DNA of 64,000 nucleotides from Eledone cirrhosa (Eukaryota): NCBI GenBank assembly GCA_964016885.1, contig OZ024749.1, positions 32,736,001 to 32,800,000 of the forward strand, read 5' to 3'. Shown piece by piece: positions 13,071 to 26,229 of this stretch (position 1 is its first letter; each line of letters starts with the position of its first letter). The notes under the pieces were generated by a model. It saw only the letters and a program-made list of their open reading frames with translations, ran no database searches and was not told where the DNA came from. The position numbers and the translations under genes were made by a program.

Positions 13071-13301
13071 ATATATATATATATATAATAGTATGTATAT
13101 GTAGATAAATCTACCAAGAGTTTACGGTAGTGTCCAATCCGTATGAAGAACTCAATGTAATCCGGATATCATGGAAAGAAGAGATGCAATGAAAAATCAC
13201 TTTCGGTGAAAGATAAACGGAATACAGAGTCAAGATAAAATATTAAAAAAATAATGAATAAAACAATGAAACAGTTCCTTATATTAAACAAAAAAAGTTC
13301 A

Positions 13302-13446
13302 TTATTTAACGATCGTTTCTAGGATATATATGTTAGAATTGGCATGCATATTCAACAGATCTATGTACAAAATTATACAAAATTATACAAACTATCAAAA
13401 TTAAATATACATACCAAACACATATATATGCCGTCTTCAGAAATAA
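13302..13446 (-). ncRNA. Type I hammerhead ribozyme with extended stem II, inside a 13240-13630 hairpin
   Basis: On the - strand: TTATTT-CTGAAGA-[long hairpin]-GAAA-CGATCG-TT-AAATAA. Confidence 0.65.
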
Positions 13447-14229
13447 TTTGGTATGTATATTTAATTTTGATAGTTTGTATAATTTTGTATAATTTTGTAC
13501 ATAGATCTGTTGAATATGCATGCCAATTCTAACACATATATATCCTAGAAACGATCGTTAAATAATGAACTTTTTTTGTTTAATATAAGGAACTGTTTCA
13601 TTGTTTTATTCATTATTTTTTTAATATTTTATAATAGTATGTATATATCGAAATTGTAGCCGCACTATAGCAGATACCAATCGAGTTGTTTGAGGCAGTC
13701 ACAAAGCACTCATTATAACGACTTTACCAATGTGTCACCTACACTCTAAGTATACTTGACACTTAATATCTTTGCTGATGAGAAGTATTTTTAGCTGTTA
13801 CAAAAATAATTATATATCATACATTGTGTTGTTGTTGTTTTAGTTATTTTATCAGATAAAATGACAGAAGTGTAACAATATCGATATTAAAACAAACGAG
13901 AAAGTATGTGATTTAACACAACTGTTTGAATAGCCTTTTTGTTTTTAGATAGACACAGGGACATTTTTCAAAAAGCAGGCTACTGTGGATTGATCCGACA
14001 CAAAGTTAGAATTCGTTCTTGTATCGTTCGATTCAGAATCTCCAATATGTTGTAGTGAAAGATACAATGTTAGATTTAATTATTATCGATCTTTTGCATT
14101 GGAACAAGAGCCGGCCTCAAATTTGCAAGGAAGGGTTATAAGCAATTGACGATCGTGGTAGTGGGGCAAATTTAGATACAGCAAAATATATAAAATATAT
14201 ATAGCCAATTTCTTCCGGAGAAGGAGAGA

Positions 14230-14297
<68 letters not shown>

Positions 14298-14429
14298 CAA
14301 ACGTGTGGTAAGTGTGGTAAGGAACCAGAATACTCGATACTTAGGGTAGTAGAGTGGGTAATAGGAAAAGAGTCAAGTCTAGCTGTCGAAACGGCCGGAG
14401 CTCAGCCGTCGCGGTCCTGATTCTTTTCC

Positions 14430-15195
<766 letters not shown>

Positions 15196-15588
15196 TTCAG
15201 TGGTAAGAAACTCTCAGGAGAGCTGGACAGCAGGTCTTTAGAGACGAAACCACGCTCAAGCAAGTGTTTTGGCCCTTAACTTTAGCATGTGGTGGATAAA
15301 GATTCTTTATGGCAATAACTCAGATTTTATAACGATCCAAGTCCAACGTCTAGTATTATCTCATTAGAAGTTTATATCGTTCAGGAAATAATGTAGCAAG
15401 ATCTGACTGATGATCTTGATCTGTGTGAAATAGATTGAGCCTCCATCTATGTAGACGATGAGTATTTCAGTTTTTGGTCGATATAAACGTAAACTCCTGA
15501 AATTAACGTATGTGATCCGAGAATCTCACATATACGTACACCTTTAACGCAATTCTTAGTGAAATTCGGTATATGTGTGTGTATATAC

Positions 15589-15668
<80 letters not shown>

Positions 15669-17389
15669 TTGTTGAATGGCTAAAATGACTCTTTCGCGAT
15701 GTAATTGCCTTAATTTCAACACATGGTCTCAGATTACGTCACTTGCCAGACATGTACAACTCCAAAATAACAAAAGTATTAATTCAATAAGAATAAAGAA
15801 TGAAACACGTTTAAAAATGAAATGTTTTATTTTCTCAACAAATCTCAGTGAACAGAAAATATGAGCAAAAACAAATAGGAGAAAAAAAAGCGATTTGCGT
15901 TTGTATGTAATTCACACACTTTGTGTGTTTTCTTATGTGAAAAAAAAAACAAAAAAAAACATATGCACACGAGTGTATACGTTTGTCCTTTTCCCATTGC
16001 TGTTAACTGAATATCTTGCTTGTAACAAACCGTTGAAACAGAGGTGGTCAACGAAGAAAGGTATATGTGTGTGTCTATTTGTCTGCTGTGAAACATTGAT
16101 TGTATTGAAATCTAAGATGGCCGACCCAAATCTTGGAATTCCAACTAAGACGGACGAGAACGGCTGCCAGTGGAAATGGCTGCTTTTTCTGAGAGAGATG
16201 AAGTATCATTATTGAGACGAGAATTCAAATGGGTGCCCAAACAGCAGTAGTTTGTTAGCAATATCCTAGATTCTACAGCACATGATGTTTATCAATAAAT
16301 AAATAAAATGAATAAATAAATTCAACTTTGGAGTGTGTGGGAAAGACTTGCTTATTTGGCATGTGTATGTGTGAGATCAATTGAAGGAATCGAGTTTAGT
16401 AGAGTGTATAGCTTATGGCTATTGCTGCCATTTCCTATGTGTCTACTGAACTTTTACCTTTATTTACATTATCTTTTCCACTTCAATTCTCAATTCTAAC
16501 TTATTCTCTCCATCTTAGTTTTCATTCGTCTTTTGGTTGATGCATACCAAACATGATATGTGGACGTGTAAGTGAAGGGGAGATAAAACATATATTGCAA
16601 GACATTGAGTCCTGCTTAAGGCACATATTTTCATAAAGGTCGGGTGCAGACGATAAATGAATGTTTCAAGTAGAACAGAAGTATAGGAATCATGTTGTGT
16701 GTGTGTACGTAGATATGACAGGTATCGTAGTAGAGTGGAATGTTTAACGACAGCAAGAAGCAGGATTTTTGCAGGTACGATGGTGAAAAGGTGTGGAGAT
16801 CAAGTTTACAAAATATTTCTAGAAAGGACGAACCATTCGAATGTATTTTAAAGAGTTGTATGTTTTATATTTGTGAATATATGTATGTGAGTGTGAATGA
16901 GTGTATGCGAGGAAAAGGTTATCTAAGAGAGATGTTTATATTCTCATATATATCTCATATACATACATATATACTATAAGGATAAGGAACAAGGATTCAG
17001 TGTTGCATCATAACATATTTAATAACATATTACATATGTTTCACTATCGATCAGCTCGAGGCAAGACCTATTATAAATCGAACCTGACTCTGTAATCGAA
17101 TTGATATACTATATATATATATATTACTAGTATCATTTTGTTCTAATGTCTTTTTTTTGGGGGGGGGGGGGGGTATTTTTATCGTTATTGTTGTTTTGTG
17201 TGAATGCCATTGAGTCTAAACCAAGTTTTGCGATTGTTTTGAATAAATAATTTTTTTTTTTTAAAGAGCAGATACAACCGGAAAGCGAAATGAAATTTAA
17301 ACAAACCAAATAGTAGGCATGGAAACCCTATCACCTCTGTATCCCTTCGTAATTAAATCGAATCGATTTTTTTTTTGTGCGCTGCTTAC

Positions 17390-17468
<79 letters not shown>

Positions 17469-17632
17469 CTTATATATCGATCTTTAGCATTAATTAGAAC
17501 CAACCTTAAACTAGTTAGGCGCCTTCAATACTTCTAATTCTGGGAAACAAACAGCAAGTTTCGCTATTGGAAGAAATGGTTCTATGTATTTACTACACTA
17601 TATATATATACAGTTTTCGTAGTCCAGGAAGG

Positions 17633-17688
<56 letters not shown>

Positions 17689-18029
17689 GGCCACTAAACT
17701 AAGTTATTCGATAAAATATTACTCCAGAGATTACAGAAGAGAACTTATTCCCATCCCTCCTATTACATACATACATGCATGCATACAAAGTATCCCGTGC
17801 GATCCAATTACATTACGTTAAGTCTCAATGTTTAACGAAGCGTGGCCTCAAGAAATACTTTTAAAAAACAGCAAATTATATTTAAAAAATTAAATTAAGC
17901 TAGTAAAGTCACCACCATGAGAGACTGTTGATTTTTATTCTCATTCATTTTTATTGATATTTTTAAGGTCATTATTATTATTGTTGTTATTATTATTATT
18001 ACTAACGGCTTGCGGTTTTTTTTCTTTTC

Positions 18030-18060
<31 letters not shown>

Positions 18061-18377
18061 CTTTTCTTTTCTTACTTAGAAGTGGATGGGGGGTGGGATG
18101 GAATGGTGCTAGAATGTGTTCATTGTAGTCAGTAGTTCTTTGATCTAACCACAAATTATTACCACTGGCGAATGTGGGTGAAATAATAAAAAAGAAAATG
18201 ACAATTATATAACCCCCAGGAATTCCTATTAGTAATCAGAAATAGCTCAGCACCCCTATAGACGAGATTAAGACACCGTGTAGCTGTGTGTATGTGTGTA
18301 CATATATATATGTGTGTATATATATATATGTGTGTATGTGTGTCTATGTGTGTCTATGTATATATATATATATATAT

Positions 18378-18480
18378 AATTGTTTCTACTTTTGGCACAA
18401 GGCCAGCAATTAACCAGTCCATTACTGGTACTTTATTTTATCGACCCCGTATGGATGAAAGGCAAAGTTAACCTCGGCGG
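18378..18480 (-). mobile_element. 5'-truncated SINE
   Basis: Reverse complement of the same core and tail as 4175-4355. Confidence 0.8.
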
Positions 18481-18569
18481 GCTAGCTATACACCTCGATA
18501 CTAACGTGAACCAAAACATCGAGTGTTCACCCGGGTAAACCTACTGTAACTCCGCGTTACACTCCCTGG

Positions 18570-18620
<51 letters not shown>

Positions 18621-19773
18621 TATATATTCTCTAAATTACTGAATGTACATCTAAGTTATGAAATAAGGAATCGTTACAGGTTCCAATTTCTAAAATTTGA
18701 CCCCTAATGACGTTATTTCCTGTCGAGATGGCAACTCATCCCTTTGAAATCGAAATGTTGAGAGGAAGAAAGGAATGCTATGAAGTGTGTGTGTGTGTGT
18801 GTCCATTGGGTGATTGATAGTATTTTAGGACGTGCCCCAGCATGGCCTCAGTCCACAGTAATACATGTATTTCTGAGGTTCAAGTTGAGATGTTCATATC
18901 ATACATATATACACACATACATTTATACATACATACATGCACACACACACACATAGATACATACATACATACATACATTCACACATACATACAGACATAC
19001 ATACACACATTCACACATACATACATACATACATACATACATACATACATACATACATACATACATACATACATACATGCGTACATACATACATAAGTGT
19101 GTGTGAGTGTGTGTATGGTACGTTCACACACACACACACACATACACATACGCACACGCACACACATATACATATATGTCAGTTCATAAACATACATAAA
19201 TACATACCTAAGGTCGCGCATCTTCACGTTACATAACCATACAATCGCCATTGGAATGTAGTTAAGCGCTCAGAGGAAGGATTTCCTCGTCGGATCATTT
19301 TGTTTGAATTGACGAGGAAATCTCCAAAGTTCCATTTTGTTCATTCCTCTCACACGTCAAGTAATGTCTAAAAAAAAATGAGTGTTTGTGTGTGTGCAAG
19401 AGTGTGTACATCAGCGTGTGCGTACGGGTGTGCAAGAATGAGTGAGTGTGAGTGTACATGTGTGTACATGAGTGCCCATAAACGAGTATGTGAGAGCATC
19501 TATGTGTGCGCGCTCTTGTGTGAATGTGTGTACATGAGCGCGCGCGTGTGTGTGTGAATGTGTATACATGAGCGCGCGTGTGTGTGTATGTGTGTGTGTG
19601 TGTCTAGTTCAGATCATTCAGTAAAGGTTATAACAATGTCTATTAAGAGTCGGCCATTTCTTTCTGTGATTTTTCTTCTTTTTTCTTCCTGAAGTATTAA
19701 TAATTTCTTCGCCTAATTCGCCCGAGGCAACAGTTTGTGTGTTGATTATTTGAGTAGATCGAGGTCGGCCATT

Positions 19774-19898
19774 TTAAAACATGGAGTAACTTGGTGTGGT
19801 GGATTTATTCATTTTTTTCATTAGTTGCATTAAGATGCTGGACAGACTGCGTTTACGTCTTTGAACCATGGTGGAAATGCTTTCCAAGTCTCTGGCAG
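19774..19898 (-). CDS. Secreted peptide precursor, last coding exon (AARDLESISTMVQRRKR-SLSSILMQLMKKMNKSTTPSYSMF*)
   Basis: Acceptor tttattttctattag|CT at 19899/19898. A phase-1 join to the upstream exon keeps the frame open to TAA at 19776-19774 and places an RRKR site in frame. Confidence 0.8.
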
Positions 19899-19984
19899 CT
19901 AATAGAAAATAAATATATATATAAATAATGATTTCTTGTATATATATATATAAATAATAATAATAATAATAATAATAGTAATAA

Positions 19985-20182
19985 TAGGTCAGCCATTTTA
20001 AGGGGAAGGGGCAAGTCGATTAAATCGACCCGAGTGCATTACTGGTACTTATTTTATCAACCCCGTAAAGATGAAGGGCAAAGCTAACCTCGGCGAGATT
20101 TGAACCCAGAAAGTAAAGGGCCGTAACTCTATGCTTCGAAGCATGTTGTCCGACGCTCTACCGATACTGCCAATCCACCGGC
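19985..20182 (-). mobile_element. SINE (full head plus core) in intron 2 of the peptide gene
   Basis: On the - strand ggtggattggcagtatcggtagagcgtcggac...gggttcaaatctcgccgaggttagctttgccc. Confidence 0.8.
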
Positions 20183-20280
20183 CTTACTGGTTCTGATTTA
20201 GGCACAAGGTAAAAAATTTTGGTTTGGGAGTAGCCGATTAAATCGACCACATTGCGTTATTTTGCAGAGATGATGTAAAA

Positions 20281-20480
20281 CAGGCATATCATATATGCGG
20301 CCCGCGGGCAACATGCGGCCCTTTACGAGCACACTTGCGGTCCGCACAAAGGTTTTTACAGCACGAACGTAATATAAAATAAAAAATATTAGTTGTAATA
20401 TGCACAATTAGTTGTCATGTGTGGCCCTGAGACAACACATATGTGACCCTCGGGGGACCCCCCCCAGTTTGACATGCCTG
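20281..20480. mobile_element. hAT-like MITE
   Basis: caggcatatca ... tgacatgcctg TIRs, internal gcggcccgcggg, near-identical 8-bp flanks atgtaaaa/atataaaa. Confidence 0.75.
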
Positions 20481-20674
20481 ATATAAAATGTATCATTAGT
20501 GTTATTTAGTTTATCGACTACAAGAACACGAATGATAATGACTACCTTGGCGATATTCCAACCAAAGATGTAATTTCCTAGTTCAATCAACATGATACAA
20601 TATCTGATAAGGCTGGATCTTTGAATTACTGGTACAATCCATCTGACAGGCTTTCCCGCAGTTTCTCAGTTTCT

Positions 20675-20890
20675 CAGGGGGCGGTGAAAGCATTTCTGAA
20701 TTTGGAGGGAGGTGTGAGGAGGGGGGGGGGGGTCAAATTTGGTCAATTTATAAAAAAAACTTCGATATGCGATAAACGTAACATGTACATAAGTTGTAGC
20801 GCATATACAAATAGATGTGTGTTTTGGTAGTTTGGGAAGAAAATATAATTATTGAAGTGGGGGGGGGGTCCCCCAGTTCTACCGCCCCTG
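20675..20890. mobile_element. Small DNA-transposon-like element with CAGGGG(G)CGGT TIRs, inserted in an older SINE
   Basis: cagggggcggtgaaa ... ttctaccgcccctg; the flanks rejoin to the SINE motif aggctt.cc.cagtttc.gtctacc.aatttcactc. Confidence 0.6.
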
Positions 20891-21048
20891 TTTCTGTCTA
20901 CCGAATTTCACTCGCAAAGCTTGGTGACGAAATTATATACTGCAAAGCTTTTTATCCGAAAGGCTCGGCCATTTCCGCCAAACTCCGTGAATTTCCACAG
21001 CTATTTCCAATAATAAATTTATCAATGAGGAATATCCATAGAACTTAC

Positions 21049-21190
21049 CGCTAGCTAATTTGTTCAAGTCTTCGACGCTGATGTAATGTGCCATGTTGTT
21101 ATCACTGGTATCGTCTATGTAGGCGGGAGCAGCCAGTACAAGACTCATGGTAGAGCATGCAACGAGGAGGAGGAATACAAGGCGAGACAT
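21049..21190 (-). CDS. Secreted peptide precursor, first coding exon (signal peptide plus acidic pro-region; MSRLVFLLLVACSTMSLVLA-APAYIDDTSDNNMAHYISVEDLNKLAS)
   Basis: Acceptor tttattttttattttcag| at 21200/21199; ATG at 21190; classic n/h/c signal peptide ending VLA-AP; donor AGCG|gtaagt at 21049/21048. Confidence 0.82.
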
Positions 21191-21554
21191 GATTGAAATC
21201 TGAAAATAAAAAATAAAAATAAACTATTGAATTCTAATTTGTTTTTTTGTTTTTTTTTTTTCACTCAGCACGTTTAGTCCACGACAGAATCGAGGATACT
21301 TTTGAATTTTTCTCACAGACCAATCATTGCCCAGGCTCTAAACACACCAGAAATCGATGGAGCTTGCCGCAAAGTTCATATTCTGACTAATGTTTCGTCT
21401 TCAATTTTAAGCGTATCATGCAACATCAGAGGCTGTGTTAATTTTTTTTAATAAGTTTCATTAGTACCCTTGATACTGTCACGGATTATTAATTATAAAC
21501 ATCCTCATATGATTTCGTAGAAAACAACTAAAAGCAAATTTGTTAATTCAAGTT

Positions 21555-21872
21555 TATAGTATCCTTACTATTTGACAAATCGTTGTGAAAATTTGCAGTA
21601 TTAGCGAAAATACGTCACTTTTTAATGTGATGCAGTCATAGCGTTGTTTTGTACTTTTCAAGAATATCTTACTAATGCGCTTTCATGCGGTGCAGGACGT
21701 TAAGAGTTTAGTGATCCAAGTGTTGATAGTATCTTTACTAGTGGACAAATCATTGAAAACATTTTCAGTATTGGAGAGTAAAGATATTAATTTTTAATGT
21801 GATGTGGTCATGGTGCTGTTTTGTACTGTCTTGCTAATGTGGTTTCATGCGGTACAGGATGTTAAGAATTCG
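21555..21872. repeat. Diverged tandem duplication (two copies of about 150-170 bp) in intron 1 of the peptide gene
   Basis: tagtatc.ttacta...tttttaatgtgatg...tttcatgcggt.cagga.gttaaga occurs twice. Confidence 0.7.
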
Positions 21873-21999
21873 TGTGAAGCTGGGTGTCGTTATGGATATA
21901 TGAGTGCTAGTTGAGTGGAATACACACATGACGCGTACACACTTGCACATATCTTCTTATTGTTCTTCTTTGCCTATTTATTCCTAGAAGAGTCGTAGT

Positions 22000-22380
22000 G
22001 GAGCAGAGTCCTCAAACATGCCTTCTGGCGAGTCCTGTCAGAAACAACCATCTGTAATGGATCCAGCTAGATCCCCAAGGGAGACCAGCCGAAGGGGCAG
22101 AATCCTTAAACATGCCCTCCGGCAGTTCCTGTCAGAAGCAACCATCTGTAATGGATCCAGCTAGATCCCCAAGCGAGACCAGCCGAAGGGGCAGAGCCCT
22201 CAAACATGCCCTCCGGCAGTTCCTGTCAGAAGCAACCATCTGCAATCGATCCAGCTGGGTCCTCAAGCGAGACCAGCCGAAGGGGCAGAGCCCTCAAACA
22301 TGCCGTCTGGTAGTTCCTGTCAGAAGCAACCATCTGCAATCGATCCAGCTGGGTCCTCAAGGGAGACCAGCCGAGGTCGT
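22000..22380 (-). repeat. 94-bp x4 minisatellite derived from an RTE 3' end
   Basis: aaacatgcc at 22014, 22108, 22202 and 22296; the reverse complement matches the RTE fragment at 22960-23060. Confidence 0.85.
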
Positions 22381-22491
22381 GAATGTTATCCAATCAAAAA
22401 CTGCACATATGTACACACACACACATATACATTCTCTCTCACACACATACACACAAACAGGTGTAAAAGCTGGGCGGAGGCTTGGGTTATA

Positions 22492-22594
22492 TACAGGGTG
22501 TCCAAAAAATGTATACACACTTTGATTACCTGTACAGGCAATATTTATAAGAATGCTGTTGAAGTGTGTATATATTTTGGGGGACATCCTTATA
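22492..22594. mobile_element. Tc1/mariner-type MITE
   Basis: TA-CAGGGTGTCC ... GGACATCCT-TA; second copy at 40266-40371. Confidence 0.75.
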
Positions 22595-22845
22595 TATACT
22601 AATTGAATAATTGGTGAAGACTAGTGAAACACTTGTTGAAAATGTAAGATTAGACTAGCAACGTTACTATGATCTAAAAAAGATGGTTACATTAAAAGAA
22701 ATACAGAGATAAAAGAAAGATTGGACGAAACTGTGTTAACCTTTTCGTTACTATAATTCTAATGAACGACAATGTCTGTAATTTTAAAATAATTTCGAAA
22801 ATTATCAAGAATTTTGAAAGATTTAGTAATACAACTAACTTTCTC

Positions 22846-23090
22846 TGGGCATGTGGTTAGAATGTCTCAGGAAAGAATCGCTGGTCAGATTTTACGGGCA
22901 AACCCAACCGGCAAGAGGTCCAGAGGTAGACCCTGAGCAAGATGTTTGGATAACATCCATGAGCTTGGCTGGTCACGCTTAGGAATCCAGCCGGATCAGT
23001 TGGAGTCGGTTGCTTCTGACAGGACCCTCTGGAAGAAGTGTTTGAGGACTCTTCCCCCACGACCCTCTCGGGAATAAGTGGGCAAAGAAG
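22846..23090 (+). mobile_element. 5'-truncated RTE LINE 3' end with 13-bp TSD
   Basis: GHVVRMSQERIA..GKRSRGRP..LGWSRLGIQP..VASDRTLWKKCLRTL; aag tail; TSD aactaactttctc at 22833-22845 and 23091-23103. Confidence 0.85.
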
Positions 23091-23683
23091 AACTAACTTT
23101 CTCATTTTAAGCTAGTGTTTGAAACATAACTTAAATGTTCTTATATGAAATTATGATAGACGGTTTTTAGTTAAACATAATCATTTTAACACTTTTTATG
23201 ATATTTCTAATGAAACTGCCTATAATATTCAAATAGTTTTGAAGATAATTAAGAGTTTGGAACATTGCTTGACAAATGTTCTTAGATAAAATTATGATTG
23301 AAGGTTTTTTTTGATAAATTATATACACTTTGAAATTAACACAATTGTATCTTAAAACCATGGCCGGTTTCGGGCGGTTTGGTATCAAAAGTGTGTGAGT
23401 GTGTGTATTTAGGTGTGTATGCTATAGACGTGAAAGGGGAGAAAGGAGAAACAGCAAGCAAATGTGGAGAGATAGACTGGAATAAGAAAAGGTTTAATAA
23501 AATGAAAGGATTTGATATAAAGAGAGGGCGTCTGATGAATATATGATGTCTATACGGGTGTAAAATATTTAGATACAGAGGTGAATAGATTGGTCAATAG
23601 CTAGATAAATAGATATAGACAGGCCGGCAAGTAGATAGAGTAGGTAGCTAACTACACAGGTGGGTAAACAGGCAGATAGACAG

Positions 23684-23741
<58 letters not shown>

Positions 23742-23823
23742 AAAATAGTCCTTCGTCAGTGATTTTCCAACCTTCATTGGTATTTCATCGCTTTAAAAAT
23801 CACAAGGAAGGATAGCAACGCAA

Positions 23824-23892
<69 letters not shown>

Positions 23893-24064
23893 GAGAGAAA
23901 GAGGGAGAGAGAGGGGCGTAGATAGAAAGACAGATAGATAAATAGATAGATAGATAGATAGATAGATATGTTTCTTTATTAGCCACAGGGGCACAAAAGA
24001 AGGGGACAAATGCAAAGGGGGAAGTTTACATACAATAAAAACGTGTAAAATGTATATAGATAGT

Positions 24065-24124
<60 letters not shown>

Positions 24125-24293
24125 GAAGGAGAAACAATGAGAGGAACAGATAGCGAACAGAACTTCAGTAGAAAAGAAGAAAAAACCTGGAGTGGAAAAG
24201 AGACGCATTAAGACATGAAAAGTCATCTCAAGTGAAAATTGATCTGGAAACGTGTCGTTGGGAAGAAGGTTGTCAAAGTAATGTACTACTTAC

Positions 24294-24404
24294 AATTGGT
24301 GAAGTTACACTGCGTGTAGAGAAATAGAGAGATTGTTTTTTCTTTTGTGGTCTTCCACGAGGTCTGCCGGTACTGATGATCTGTTTGGTAATCAGCTGAT
24401 GAAT
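24294..24404 (-). other. Putative non-coding exon 1 of the peptide precursor gene
   Basis: Unique sequence with no ATG, starting at an Inr-like TCATTC and ending at the donor CAATT|gtaagt (24294/24293). Confidence 0.6.
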
Positions 24405-24437
24405 GATTAAAATCCTCTCTTGTCGGGTCTTTTTATA
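24401..24437 (-). promoter_or_regulatory. TATA box (TATAAAAAG, 24437-24429) plus initiator-like TCATTC (24406-24401)
   Basis: About 30-33 nt spacing, oriented toward the peptide coding exons. Confidence 0.6.
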
Positions 24438-24889
24438 GGAACCAAGCCGCTATAATTTTCAATGAATGAAAGAAAGCAGACGATAGAGGGTGAGTGGGTG
24501 GGTGGGTATGTGGAAGGGCGGAAGAGGATTGAATACGTGTGTATGGGTGGGGGGGCTGGAGAGGGCGCAGTTTGATGCTGTGTTGGGGGCAGTGTGGGGC
24601 AATGGAAGAAAGCAGACGATAGAGGGTGGAAGCGGGGGTGGGAGCGGGGGAGATGCGTGTGTGAGTGTATAAAGTGGGACAGTTTGATGCTGTGTTGGGG
24701 GCAGTCTAGGGCAGTGTAGGGGAAGAGGGAGGGCTATTTCTAGCAGCGGGAAAGCCTGTTGGCTGGATTGAGAGGGAGAAGAGATTGACAGATAGACAGA
24801 AAGACAGAGAAATAAAGGGGAGAAACAGAAAGGCAAATGGACGGGATGAAAGATGAGGGACAGGAAAAGAAAGGGGAGAGACAGAGAGG

Positions 24890-24939
24890 CATGTGAGTGT
24901 GTGTGTACATTTATATATGTGTGTGTGTGCATATATATA

Positions 24940-24978
<39 letters not shown>

Positions 24979-25728
24979 GTGTGTGTATGTATGTGTATGT
25001 GAATGTGTGTGTGTGTGTATACATGCATGTTATGTATGCGTATGTATGATTGTGTGCATGTGTATGTATATGAGTGTGCGAATGTGTATGTGTGTATGTG
25101 TATAAGCGTGTGTGTGGGTATGAGTGTGTATGAGTGTGTGAATCTGTATGTGTATGAGCATGTGTGGGTATGAGTGTGTGTATGGGTATCAGTGTGTATG
25201 AGTGTGTGTGGGTATCAGTGTGTATGTGTATGACAGTGTATGAGTGTGTGGATATGGGTGTGGATGTGTATGAGTGTGTGGATGTGTATGAGAGTATATG
25301 AATGAGTATGTGAATGTGTATGAGAGTGTATGAGTAAGTATGTGTATGTGTATGAGTGAGTATGTGTATGAGAGTGTATGAGTATGTGTATGTGTATGTG
25401 TATGAGTGAGTATGTGTATGTGTATGTGTATGAGTGAGTATGTGTATGTGTATGTGTTTGAGTGAGTATGTGTATGTGTATGAGTGAGTATGTGTATGTG
25501 TATGAGTGAGTATGTGTATGTGTATGTGTATGTGTTTGAGTGAGTATGTGTATGTGTATGTGTATGAGTGAGTATGTGTATGTGTATGAGTGAGTATGTG
25601 TATGTGTATGAGTGAGTATGTGTATGTGTATGTGTATGAGTGAGTATGTGTATGTGTATGTGTATATGTATGTGTATGTATGTGTATGTATGTGTGTGTG
25701 TATGAGTGAGTATGTGTATGAGTGAGTA

Positions 25729-25771
<43 letters not shown>

Positions 25772-25928
25772 GTATGTGTATGTGTATGTGTATGTGTATG
25801 TATGTGTGTGTATGTGTATGTATGTGTGTGTATGTGTATGTGTATGTGTATGAGTGAGTATGTGTATGAGTGAGTATGTGTATGTGTATGTGTATGAGTG
25901 AGTATGTGTATGTGTATGTGTATGAGTA

Positions 25929-25959
<31 letters not shown>

Positions 25960-25984
25960 GTGTGTGTATGTGTGTGTGTATGTA

Positions 25985-26057
<73 letters not shown>

Positions 26058-26120
26058 GTGTATGTGTGTGTGTATGTGTGTGTGTATGTGTATGTATGTG
26101 TGTGTGTGTGTGTGTATGTT
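24890..26120. repeat. Compound (TG)/(TATGTG)/(TGAG) microsatellite
   Basis: Direct inspection. Confidence 0.95.
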
Positions 26121-26229
26121 GGTTGATTAATAAGGTGGCAAGGTTTCTTTCTCAGCAAAAGTTTTACTGGACAGAATTTTGATGGATGACGCCAAGTGGG
26201 AGTGACTGGCCATATCTGGCAGGTAGCGT

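Noticed and set aside
20933-21048. C-terminal part of ORF 20933-21190 (GKFYGYSS...) as protein
   Set aside because: It starts exactly at a consensus donor (G|gtaagt) and is better explained as intron read-through; the spliced form gives a coherent precursor.
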